Assembly (NCBI GenBank): GCA_038132575.1
Contig: JAYPRP010000006.1
Location: forward strand, 1 to 63,410
DNA: 63,410 nucleotides
Direction of reading: 5' to 3'
Origin: Rhodospirillaceae bacterium
GTDB taxonomy: Bacteria > Pseudomonadota > Alphaproteobacteria > UBA6615
Made by a program: the position numbers and the translations under genes. Below are positions 23,371 to 31,739 of this stretch, piece after piece. Within the stretch, counting starts at the first letter, position 1. Each line of letters begins with the position of its first letter. Under the pieces are notes generated by a model. The model was not told the origin of the DNA and ran no database searches. It saw only the letters and a program-made list of their open reading frames with translations.

Positions 23371-24249
23371 GTGAAGTTCATCAGTTTTCGAGTGGTCAAT
23401 CGCGAGTCCTGGGGCACCTACGGGCCGGACGGCGGGGTGATCGACCTCGGCGCGGAGTTCGGAACAACGCTTCCCGGCCTGCGCGAGTACATGGCGGCGG
23501 ACGACGCAGCCAAGGCGAAGGTCGCCGACTATCTGAACACCGGTTTCGGCGACAATTCCGGAAAAGCTTCGGACTTCCCCGCATCGGATATCACGCTGCT
23601 GGAACCGATCCGCAACCCGGACAAGATCATCTGCGTCGGCTGGAACTATCGCGAACATGCCAAGGAGGCCGGGATCGAGCTGCCCGACCACCCGACCCTC
23701 TTCGCGCGCTGGTCGAACAGCCATGTGCCCCATGAACACCCGATCCTGCTGCCGCGGGAATCCGAGAAGTTCGACTATGAGGGCGAACTGGCCGCGATCA
23801 TCGGCAAGCCCGCGCGCCGGGTCTCCGAGGCCGATGCGCTGAGCTATGTCGGCGGCTACTCGATCTACAACGACGCAACGCTGCGCGACTATCAGCGGCA
23901 CTCTTCCCAGTACATGCCGGGCAAGAACTTCTTCCAGTCAGGTGCCTTCGGGCCCTGCATGGTGACGGCGGACGAGATTCCCGAACCCGCCGACCTGACG
24001 CTGGAAACGCGTCTCAACGGCGAGGTGGTGCAACACACCGGCATCGACGACCTGATCTTCTCGATCCCCAAGCTGATCGCCTACATTTCGAGCTTCACGG
24101 AGCTCGTGCCCGGCGACGTCATCGCCACGGGCACACCGAGCGGTGCCGGCCTCGGCCGTACACCGCCCTTGTGGATGAAGGACGGCGATACCATCGAGGT
24201 CGAGGTCTCGAAGGTCGGAATCCTGACCAACCCGGTCAAAGCCGACTGA
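23371..24249 (+). CDS. fumarylacetoacetate hydrolase family protein
   Basis: KIICVGWNY, DYEGELA, YND...RD, GKNF, PGDVIATGTP. Confidence 0.93.
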   Translation: MKFISFRVVNRESWGTYGPDGGVIDLGAEFGTTLPGLREYMAADDAAKAKVADYLNTGFGDNSGKASDFPASDITLLEPIRNPDKIICVGWNYREHAKEAGIELPDHPTLFARWSNSHVPHEHPILLPRESEKFDYEGELAAIIGKPARRVSEADALSYVGGYSIYNDATLRDYQRHSSQYMPGKNFFQSGAFGPCMVTADEIPEPADLTLETRLNGEVVQHTGIDDLIFSIPKLIAYISSFTELVPGDVIATGTPSGAGLGRTPPLWMKDGDTIEVEVSKVGILTNPVKAD

Positions 24250-24264
24250 CCAGGAGCCGACTGA

Positions 24265-25302
24265 TTACTCCATGACGAGCGCCGCGCGCCCGGTGACCAG
24301 TCCCTGGTCGAGCCGGGCGTGCACCGTCTCGGCCTCGGCCAGCGGATAGGTCTCTGTAACCATCGGCCAGACGTCGCCCCGCGCGCACAGCTCGAGCGAC
24401 TCAACGACCTGCTGGCGCGTGCAGTAGCGGCTTCCCATAAGCTCGAGCTCCTTGGCGAGCATCGCCGGCGCCGGCGCCGTGAAGGGCTGCCCCGCGCCAC
24501 CGAGGGTGACGAAGCGTCCGCGAATGCCGAGACTGCCGACCGCCTGTTCGGCGGTGGACTGGGTCGAGACATAGTCGATAGCGACATCGACGCCCGCGCC
24601 GCCGGTCAGGTCGAGGATTTCCTCGACCACCCGGTCGTTGGACGCATCGACAACCATATCCGCACCCAGGTCCTTGCAGACCTGGAGCTTGTCGGCCATC
24701 ACGTCGACCGCGATGACGCGGGCGTGGGCCCATTTCGCCATCATGATCTGGTGCACGCCAAGGCCGCCGCCCGCGCCGAACACCGCGACCGTGTCCGTCG
24801 GCGCGACGCGCGCCCGTTCGAGAACCTTGTAGGGCGTGGCGATTGCGTCGGTGATCACGCCCACATCGGCGGGCTTGCCCTTCCAGTCCAGACCCTCGGG
24901 TAGCTTAATGAAGTTGCGAACCGGGAGCTTAATGAACTCCGCATAGCCGCCGTCGATCTGGCGCCCGATATAACCGGTATTCGCCGTCGAAATCGGGTCA
25001 TGGCCGAGCCGCGTCCACTTGTCCTCGCCCTCGGTTAGATAGAAGTACGACGTCACCGCGTCGCCGACCTGCAGGCCGCCCGTGTCGCCGCCTTTGCCCA
25101 CCTCGAGAATCTCGCCGGTAATCTCATGGCCGATGATGATCGGGAACTCTGCCGCCGCGCGTCCCGCACGAACATGGTGGATCGTCAGTCCCGCCCCGCA
25201 GGCCAGGACCCGGGCCACCGCTTCGCCCGGACCGGGCTTAGGATCGGGCACGTCCTCCAGGCTGAACGGAACACCAGCCTTGTACAGAACTTGCGCTTTC
25301 AT
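24265..25302 (-). CDS. medium-chain dehydrogenase/reductase (alcohol dehydrogenase-like) with atypical metal ligands
   Basis: GHE motif, DGGYAEF, Rossmann GAGGGLG. Start ATG 25302 after a GGGAGA RBS. Confidence 0.88.
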   Translation of the reverse strand: MKAQVLYKAGVPFSLEDVPDPKPGPGEAVARVLACGAGLTIHHVRAGRAAAEFPIIIGHEITGEILEVGKGGDTGGLQVGDAVTSYFYLTEGEDKWTRLGHDPISTANTGYIGRQIDGGYAEFIKLPVRNFIKLPEGLDWKGKPADVGVITDAIATPYKVLERARVAPTDTVAVFGAGGGLGVHQIMMAKWAHARVIAVDVMADKLQVCKDLGADMVVDASNDRVVEEILDLTGGAGVDVAIDYVSTQSTAEQAVGSLGIRGRFVTLGGAGQPFTAPAPAMLAKELELMGSRYCTRQQVVESLELCARGDVWPMVTETYPLAEAETVHARLDQGLVTGRAALVME

Positions 25303-25400
25303 GATTTTCTCTCCCGTTTTCGTCAATTTCTCCGATCGCCCGCCCCGCCGCAAGTCCTGTTTCGCTTGCATCTAACCGGGGCGTCTGGCACCCAGAACCC

Positions 25401-26057
25401 ATGGCGCATTTCATTGTCGGACGACTGTTCGGATGGCCCGAGTTCGCCGAGGACGGCGATGACATCTGGCTCATACATATCGAGGAACCCACCTTCTTCC
25501 TTCGGGTCATTCATCGACCCGAGGATCTGCTGCCGACGGGTGACTTGAACGATCTCTACTTCCCGCTCGAGGACGACACGCACTACGCCGTCGGGAACCT
25601 GATCTTCGTCGAGCCCCGCCCCGCCATCCCGAGCGAGGTCGCCCAACTAGTCGCGATGGCAATCGAGACGGTGCAAGACAGCGAGATCGCCCGCCTGCTC
25701 GCCCTCGCCGACCGGCCCTTCAATCCATCATCGGCCGAACTCCAGCCGGAGGACGTACCGGTTGGCTTCGTCACCGGCGTGTTTCACGACAGCGAGAGCG
25801 GCGACACAGACACCATGCCCTGGATCGCACATCTGGGCCCCCCGCCGTTTGCCATGCGGGTGTGCGACCTGAACGATGAAGACCTCGAGCCCGACGACAT
25901 CTGGGCCAACGCCAGCGACGGCTACGCCCTCGCCCACCTGCACTGGCTCTCGAGCCTGGCGAGCGACCGTGATGATATTCGGTTTCTGGCGGAGACCGCG
26001 GCGGGAATCGTGAGCGACGCGATCGAGGATATAATGCCCGAGCTTATTCCCATATGA
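25401..26057 (+). CDS. acidic hypothetical protein with internal tandem domain duplication
   Basis: 218-aa ORF with host-like codon usage and two copies of F.xG...W..H...P.F..RV...YA...L. Confidence 0.7.
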   Translation: MAHFIVGRLFGWPEFAEDGDDIWLIHIEEPTFFLRVIHRPEDLLPTGDLNDLYFPLEDDTHYAVGNLIFVEPRPAIPSEVAQLVAMAIETVQDSEIARLLALADRPFNPSSAELQPEDVPVGFVTGVFHDSESGDTDTMPWIAHLGPPPFAMRVCDLNDEDLEPDDIWANASDGYALAHLHWLSSLASDRDDIRFLAETAAGIVSDAIEDIMPELIPI

Positions 26058-26267
26058 CGGCTGCGGGACCGGCCGGCTAGCGCCCGACCGCCTTGAGTTC
26101 GGGCACCCGTTCCACCAAGACACTGATCGTCTTATCGACAAACGCGGGCAGATCTCCCCTCCACGGGCGAGTTACGCGCGGAACGCGTTTCGCAGAGACA
26201 ATCGGGCGGCGCTGTGGTGAGATTGACTCTCTGATAATCAACAAACGTCAGTTGGGGGAGAAACACC

Positions 26268-27555
26268 ATGATGCGGGCATTCACGGAACAGAAGATGAAG
26301 CGCTATGCGGAACAGCGCTGGATTCTGGATGCGATCATTTCAACGGTCGGCATGGAATGGGATCAGCCTCGGCTCGGCTACACCATGTATCCGTGCGGCC
26401 CCGATGCGGTCGGTGACTTCCGCACTGTGGGAATGCGCACTAAGAAATTCGCCGACATGCACCGGGAGTTCGCCGGCGCGGCGAAGCGGCGCGAGATCAA
26501 GGCTAAGGCTTTCGAGGCCGAGGAGCGGTTCGTTTCGGCGCGCGAGAGCTACTTCATCGCCTCGCTCCTCTACTCCGCGGCACGCTGGCCCATCTTCGAG
26601 GCGAACGACCTGCACAAGAACTACAACCAGCGCATGGTCGACTGCTACGACAAGTATATCGAGCACGCCCCGCGACCTATCGAACGCGTGGAGATTCCCT
26701 TCGGCGACGGAGTCCTTCCGGGATACCTGGCCCTGCCCCATGAGCCCGCGCCGGGCGAGAAATTTCCCTGTGCCATCGGCATCGACGGCATGGACGGTTC
26801 GAAGGAGATCATGTGCTCGATGTACGGCGACAAGATGCTCGAGCGCGGCATGGCGAGCTTCGTTTATGACGGGCCGGGACAGGGTGAGTGTCCGGTCAAC
26901 GGTGTCTATGTGACCAAGGACAATCACATGGAGGCCGCCCAGGCTGTCTATGACTGGTTGATCCAGCACCCGCATATCGACAAGGACCGGCTGGTTATCT
27001 TCGGCATCAGCTTCGGCTCCTTTTTCGGCGTACAGGCCGCCGCGCAGCTCGGCGACAAGGTCAAGGGTGCGGCACTCTCTTTCGTGTGTCACGAGCCGGG
27101 CTGTTACACGATCTTCAACATGGCCGCGCCAACCTACAAGCTCCGCTTCATGTTCATGGCCGATTATGACGACGAAGCCGCATTCGACGAGTTCATCAGC
27201 GAGTTCTCGCTCGATCCCATCGTTGACCAGGTCAAGTGCCCGATCCTGATCCAGGCCGGCCAGGACGAAGAACTCAGCCCGATCGAATGCTCGGAGGACT
27301 TCGCTCAGAAGCTAAACGGAACTCAGCCCGATCGAATGCTCGGAGGACTTCGCGCAGAAGCTGAACGTGCCGCGAAAGCTGGTCCTATACGAAGGCGAAC
27401 GGCACGCGATCGGCGGCGGCTCGGCCGCCTATCTGGGCGAAAACTGGTACACGATGCTGGCGGACTGGTGTCTCGACCGGGTGAACGACAAGCCCGCACC
27501 GAACGAGTCCGTTCTCATCAATGCGCTCGGCCAAGTCGAGGCGACCCCCTACTAG
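26268..27555 (+). pseudogene. FrsA/DHPON-like alpha/beta hydrolase frameshifted by a 49-bp duplication
   Basis: GMDGSKE, DGPGQGE, GISFG. The C-terminus with the catalytic His (YEGERH) continues in another frame (27367-27555). Confidence 0.85.
27270..27367 (+). repeat. 49-bp tandem duplication (2 mismatches)
   Basis: gaactcagcccgatcgaatgctcggaggacttcgc(t/g)cagaagct(a/g)aacg at 27270-27318 and 27319-27367. Confidence 0.97.
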
Positions 27556-28260
27556 CGGTCTCTGCGCAGCGGTGGCGCCTCGGAACTTCGAGGAGAATTG
27601 CGGCGCCACCGTTTCCGCGAACAGCTTGAGCGTGTCGTGGCGCAGCTCGCGCGGAATGCCCCCAGTCGCAGGGTACACCATGATGTGGTTGAAGCCGGTG
27701 TTGCGGAGGCGTTCGACCTGCCCGGCCACGGTCTCGGCACTGCCGACGAAATTGTGGGCTGAGAACTTGTCGATATTCTCGGGCTTCGACAGTGCGAGCA
27801 GGTTACCGAAATACCGTTTGAACTGCTCGTAGCCCTTGATGCCGTTCCAGAGTGTGGAATCCGCCTCGTAGTGATCGCTTTGCTGCAGGAAAAACTCCGA
27901 CAGATGCGTCCGTGTCAGTTCGAACGCTTCGTCGTCGGTCTCGGCCATGATGCAGTGCGCGACGACAGGCCGACTGCCCGCGTCCCGGAAGCCTGATAGG
28001 TCCGCACCCTCGTTCCAGCTTGCCATGATCTTTTCCAGGGTGTGGAACGGGAACTGGCAGATGTTGAGAGGAGAGACGCCCATCTCGCCCGTGAGTCGCG
28101 CGCTCTCGGGACTTCCGATGGCGCCAAAGAGGTGAATGCGCTCCGCGCTTGGCCGTGGCCGGATTTCGAGGGCGCGACCGATCCGGAAATACTCGCCCTC
28201 ATAGTTGAACGGTTCGCCGGTCAGTCCGAGCCTTATGATCTCGAGGCATTCGCGGAATGC
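27552..28260 (-). pseudogene. luciferase-like (LLM) flavin monooxygenase, 5'-truncated
   Basis: AFRECLEIIRLGLTGEPFNYEGEYF...IRPRP...GSPES...FVGSAETVAGQV...LKLFAETVAP. The N-terminal third is absent (in-frame TAG at 28261-28263) and the frame reads on to 27385 into the convergent gene. Confidence 0.75.
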
Positions 28261-28344
28261 CTACTGCGCTCACTGATTCGGGTGCGAGTGCAACACCGGG
28301 GTCGCGACAGCGTTTTGTAATGGGAACCGGCCTTCCGATCGCGT

Positions 28345-29169
28345 TCACTCTTCGTCGAAGAAGGCGAAGATCCGCGTCTCGAGGCTTTCGCGCGGCGCAG
28401 CATCAGCCGGTGCGGTCGGATCGTCGAACGACGTGTGCAACGCATAGCGGGCGCTCCCGTCTGTTGCGGTGTCGTAGTTCTTGATCAGGATCGCCTCACC
28501 GGGCGTCATGCGCGGAAAATAGTACCAGTCGTTACTCGTATCGTAGGAGGCGTGGCGGGTCTGGCCCACTCGGTTGTAGGCGCGGCGTTCAACCGTGTGC
28601 AGGCGCGCGTCGTCGACGCTGTCCCAGGCACACAGGGCGAGCGGCCACTCCTCGATCACGCCGGCGCGCGAGCGCCAGACATTGACGATGGCGAACCGCT
28701 TCGCGAGCAGCGCCTCGGCCTCGTCGCCCATGACGTCCTCGACCCGCTTGCGCGCGGACCAGTCCGTATAGTCGGTGTGGGCGGCGTTGGCCGGATCGCG
28801 GGCATTATGGGCCTCGCGCAGCGCCTGGGAAGATGAGCGGCGGGTGTGATCGAACACGAGCGCGCGCGACGCCCCGGTGTGGGCGCAAACGAGCGCCTCG
28901 GCCTCGGCGTTGTATATCCGGACGAGCTGGTCGTCATCCTGGAAGTCCGTAACCGCGGTCTCGTGCGCGACGAAGGCGAACCCCTCGCGGTCGAGGGTGA
29001 ATTCATTGGGCAGAAGACGCGCATTGCTCACCCGCATGGTGCGGAACTCGCGCTCGCCCTCGAAGTTGGTGCGTTCACCAGCTACGTTCGACTGGAAGAA
29101 GACCGGCAACTCGCCGTTGTCGACGAGATAACCGATCGGCGCCTCGATGGATTCCGCTGCCTCGCTCAT
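28345..29169 (-). CDS. CmcJ/NvfI family oxidoreductase
   Basis: LDREGF, VFDHTRR, AHTDY, RFAIVNVWR, WYYFP, HTSF, RESLETR. Confidence 0.85.
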   Translation of the reverse strand: MSEAAESIEAPIGYLVDNGELPVFFQSNVAGERTNFEGEREFRTMRVSNARLLPNEFTLDREGFAFVAHETAVTDFQDDDQLVRIYNAEAEALVCAHTGASRALVFDHTRRSSSQALREAHNARDPANAAHTDYTDWSARKRVEDVMGDEAEALLAKRFAIVNVWRSRAGVIEEWPLALCAWDSVDDARLHTVERRAYNRVGQTRHASYDTSNDWYYFPRMTPGEAILIKNYDTATDGSARYALHTSFDDPTAPADAAPRESLETRIFAFFDEE

Positions 29170-29307
29170 GGCACTCTCCGTCGTTGCTGCGACCAATTAT
29201 GACGCTTGCAACAGGTCACGCAAGGACACGGCCCGGCAGCTGCCGGTGCGACGGATGGCCGGAGGCTGGACCGGGCTTACGCCCGGCCCCTCCGGAACAT
29301 CGGATAC

Positions 29308-29511
29308 TTAGGCGGCAGACAGGTCGACGGCCTTGGGGCCGCGCTGGTCGTCCTGGACCTGGAAGTTGACCTTCTGACCCTCGGTCAGGGTTCCCATGCC
29401 GGCCTGCTCAACGGCCGTCACGTGCACGAACACGTCCTTGCCGCCGTCGTCCGGCGCGATGAAACCAAAACCACGGGTGGTGTTGAAGAATTTTACGGTA
29501 CCTGTAGGCAT
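29308..29511 (-). CDS. cold-shock protein (CspA family)
   Basis: GTVKFFN, RNP1 RGFGFI, RNP2 VFVH. Long upstream non-coding region typical of csp leaders. Confidence 0.97.
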   Translation of the reverse strand: MPTGTVKFFNTTRGFGFIAPDDGGKDVFVHVTAVEQAGMGTLTEGQKVNFQVQDDQRGPKAVDLSAA

Positions 29512-29832
29512 TTAAACTTTTCCAATCGTCGTAAATCACGCAGACACCATGTCTGCGTGTTGAGACCAGCTTCGCCTGCTTATCCGGAGGTCGTATTGCC
29601 GCGAGGGTTATCGCGGAATTCGGCTCAATCGAAGTCAGAGAGCAGATTTCGTTCCTGGGAAGATGGGCCGGATGCCCGGCGATAGCAAGCAGTCTCTTGT
29701 TTCAATTCAGAGAATTATTGCTCAAGCTTCGATTTTGGCTCGATTTTTGTACGTTCGTATGCCGCACGGACAGACGCGTTCGCCGTTAATACCGGGGGGA
29801 ACGGCGGGACTGCCCCCTGATTCTGGCCTTCG

Positions 29833-31662
29833 TTACGCGGCGCGGCTCGCCTTCTTGCGCTCGTGTTCCTTCAGGAACTTCTTGCGGATGCGGATCGCGT
29901 CGGGCGTCACCTCCACCAGCTCATCATCGTCGATGAACTCGAGCGCATACTCAAGCGTGACCCGTACCGGCGGCACGAGAATCAGGTTCTCGTCGGTGCC
30001 GGCCGCGCGGATGTTCGTGAGCTGCTTGGCCTTGAGCGGGTTGACCATGAGGTCGTTGGCACGGGTGTGAATGCCGATCACCATGCCCTCATAAACGTCC
30101 GTGCCGTGGCCAATCATGAGCTGCCCCCGCTCCTGTAGGTTGAACAGCGCATAGGCGCGTGCCATGCCAGTATCGGTCGAGACGAGCACACCACGCTGGC
30201 GCTGGGCGAGCTCGCCCGCGACCCGCGGGCCGTAATGATCGAAGGCGTGATACATGAGCCCGCTTCCAGACGTCTGGGTCAGGAAGGTCGAACGGATGCC
30301 GATCAGGCCCCGGGTCGGCACCAGGTAGTCGAGCCGCATGCGGCCCGTGCCGTCGGGCACCATGTCCCGGAGCTCCGCCTTGCGGGTGCCGAGCAGTTCC
30401 ATGACGGCGCCCTGATGTTCCTCCTCGACGTCCACGGTCAGGGACTCCCAGGGCTCGCGGGGCTCGCCATCGATCTCCTGGAGGATCACCTCGGGGCGCG
30501 AGATCGCCAGCTCGTAGCCCTCGCGGCGCATGTTCTCGATCAGGATCGACAGGTGGAGCTCGCCGCGCCCCGACACCTTGAACCGGTCCGGGCTGTCAGT
30601 GTCCTCGACCCGCAGGGCGACGTTGTGGAGCAGTTCCTCCTGCAAACGGTCGCGCAGGTTGCGGCTGGTCACATACTTACCGTCCCGGCCGGCGAAGGGA
30701 GAATCGTTGACCTGGAAGGTCATGGAGATCGTTGGCTGATCGACGCTTAGGGCCGGCAACGCCTCCACCGCGTCGGGGTCGCACAGCGTGTCGGAGATGT
30801 GGAGCTCCTCGAGCCCGGAAAACGCAATGATGTCACCCGCGGCCGCCTCCTCGCGCTCGACCCGGTCGAGTCCATGGAAGCCGAGAACCTGGAGCAGCCG
30901 GCCCTGGCGGGTCGCGCCGTCCGCGCCGATCACCGTGACCGACGCGTTGCGCCGCGCACGCCCCCGCGCGATCCGGCCGATTCCGATCACCCCCACATAG
31001 GAGGAATAGTCGAGCGCCGAGACCTGGAGTTGCAGCGGCCCTTCCCGGTCCACGTCGGGCGGGTCCACCCGGTCGACAATGGTCCGGAAGAGGACGTCCA
31101 TGTTGTCGGTGACGGTGTCGGAACTGTCCGACGCCCAACCCTGAATGGCCGACGCGAAGACCGTGGTGAAATCGAGCTGTTCGTCGCTCGCGCCGAGCCG
31201 GTCGAACAGGTCAAAGGTCTGATCGACGACCCAGTCGGGACGGGCGCCTTCACGATCCACCTTGTTGATGACGACCACCGGCTGCAGTCCAGCCTCGAGC
31301 GCCTTGCGGGTGACGAAAGCGGTCTGGGGCATCGGCCCCTCGACCGCATCGACGAGCAGCAGCACCGAATCCACCATCGAAAGCACCCGCTCGACCTCGC
31401 CGCCGAAATCGGCATGGCCCGGCGTATCGACGATATTGATGTTCCAGTCCTGCCACTCGATGGCAGTGTTCTTGGAAAGGATAGTGATGCCGCGCTCGCG
31501 CTCGAGATCGTTGGAGTCCATCACCCGCTCGCGCGCGGCCACCTCGCCATGGGTCGCGAGTGTACCCGACTGGCGGAGCAGCTGGTCAACCAGCGTGGTC
31601 TTGCCGTGATCGACATGGGCGACGATCGCGATATTGCGGATTTTTTCGGCGGAATCGGACAT
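29833..31662 (-). CDS. typA: translational GTPase TypA/BipA
   Basis: [48 protein letters not shown]. Confidence 0.98.
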   Translation of the reverse strand: MSDSAEKIRNIAIVAHVDHGKTTLVDQLLRQSGTLATHGEVAARERVMDSNDLERERGITILSKNTAIEWQDWNINIVDTPGHADFGGEVERVLSMVDSVLLLVDAVEGPMPQTAFVTRKALEAGLQPVVVINKVDREGARPDWVVDQTFDLFDRLGASDEQLDFTTVFASAIQGWASDSSDTVTDNMDVLFRTIVDRVDPPDVDREGPLQLQVSALDYSSYVGVIGIGRIARGRARRNASVTVIGADGATRQGRLLQVLGFHGLDRVEREEAAAGDIIAFSGLEELHISDTLCDPDAVEALPALSVDQPTISMTFQVNDSPFAGRDGKYVTSRNLRDRLQEELLHNVALRVEDTDSPDRFKVSGRGELHLSILIENMRREGYELAISRPEVILQEIDGEPREPWESLTVDVEEEHQGAVMELLGTRKAELRDMVPDGTGRMRLDYLVPTRGLIGIRSTFLTQTSGSGLMYHAFDHYGPRVAGELAQRQRGVLVSTDTGMARAYALFNLQERGQLMIGHGTDVYEGMVIGIHTRANDLMVNPLKAKQLTNIRAAGTDENLILVPPVRVTLEYALEFIDDDELVEVTPDAIRIRKKFLKEHERKKASRAA

Positions 31663-31739
31663 GCGGACGGGACCGGTAGCGCTGTGACAGGAATGCGGTC
31701 GCGCTTCCGTATCACACTTGTTCGCGTAGGGGCAGAAAT

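Noticed and set aside
27270-27367. Possible CRISPR or DGR template/variable repeat
   Set aside because: Only two directly adjacent copies, no spacer, no cas or reverse transcriptase gene, and the mismatches are not adenine-specific.
29259-29297. Hairpin downstream of the cold-shock gene
   Set aside because: GC-rich stem without a convincing U-tract. Probably a terminator or stabiliser but not supportable.
29512-29830. Possible ncRNA or thermosensor in the csp leader
   Set aside because: A long leader is expected for csp genes, but I cannot define a structure or boundaries by eye.
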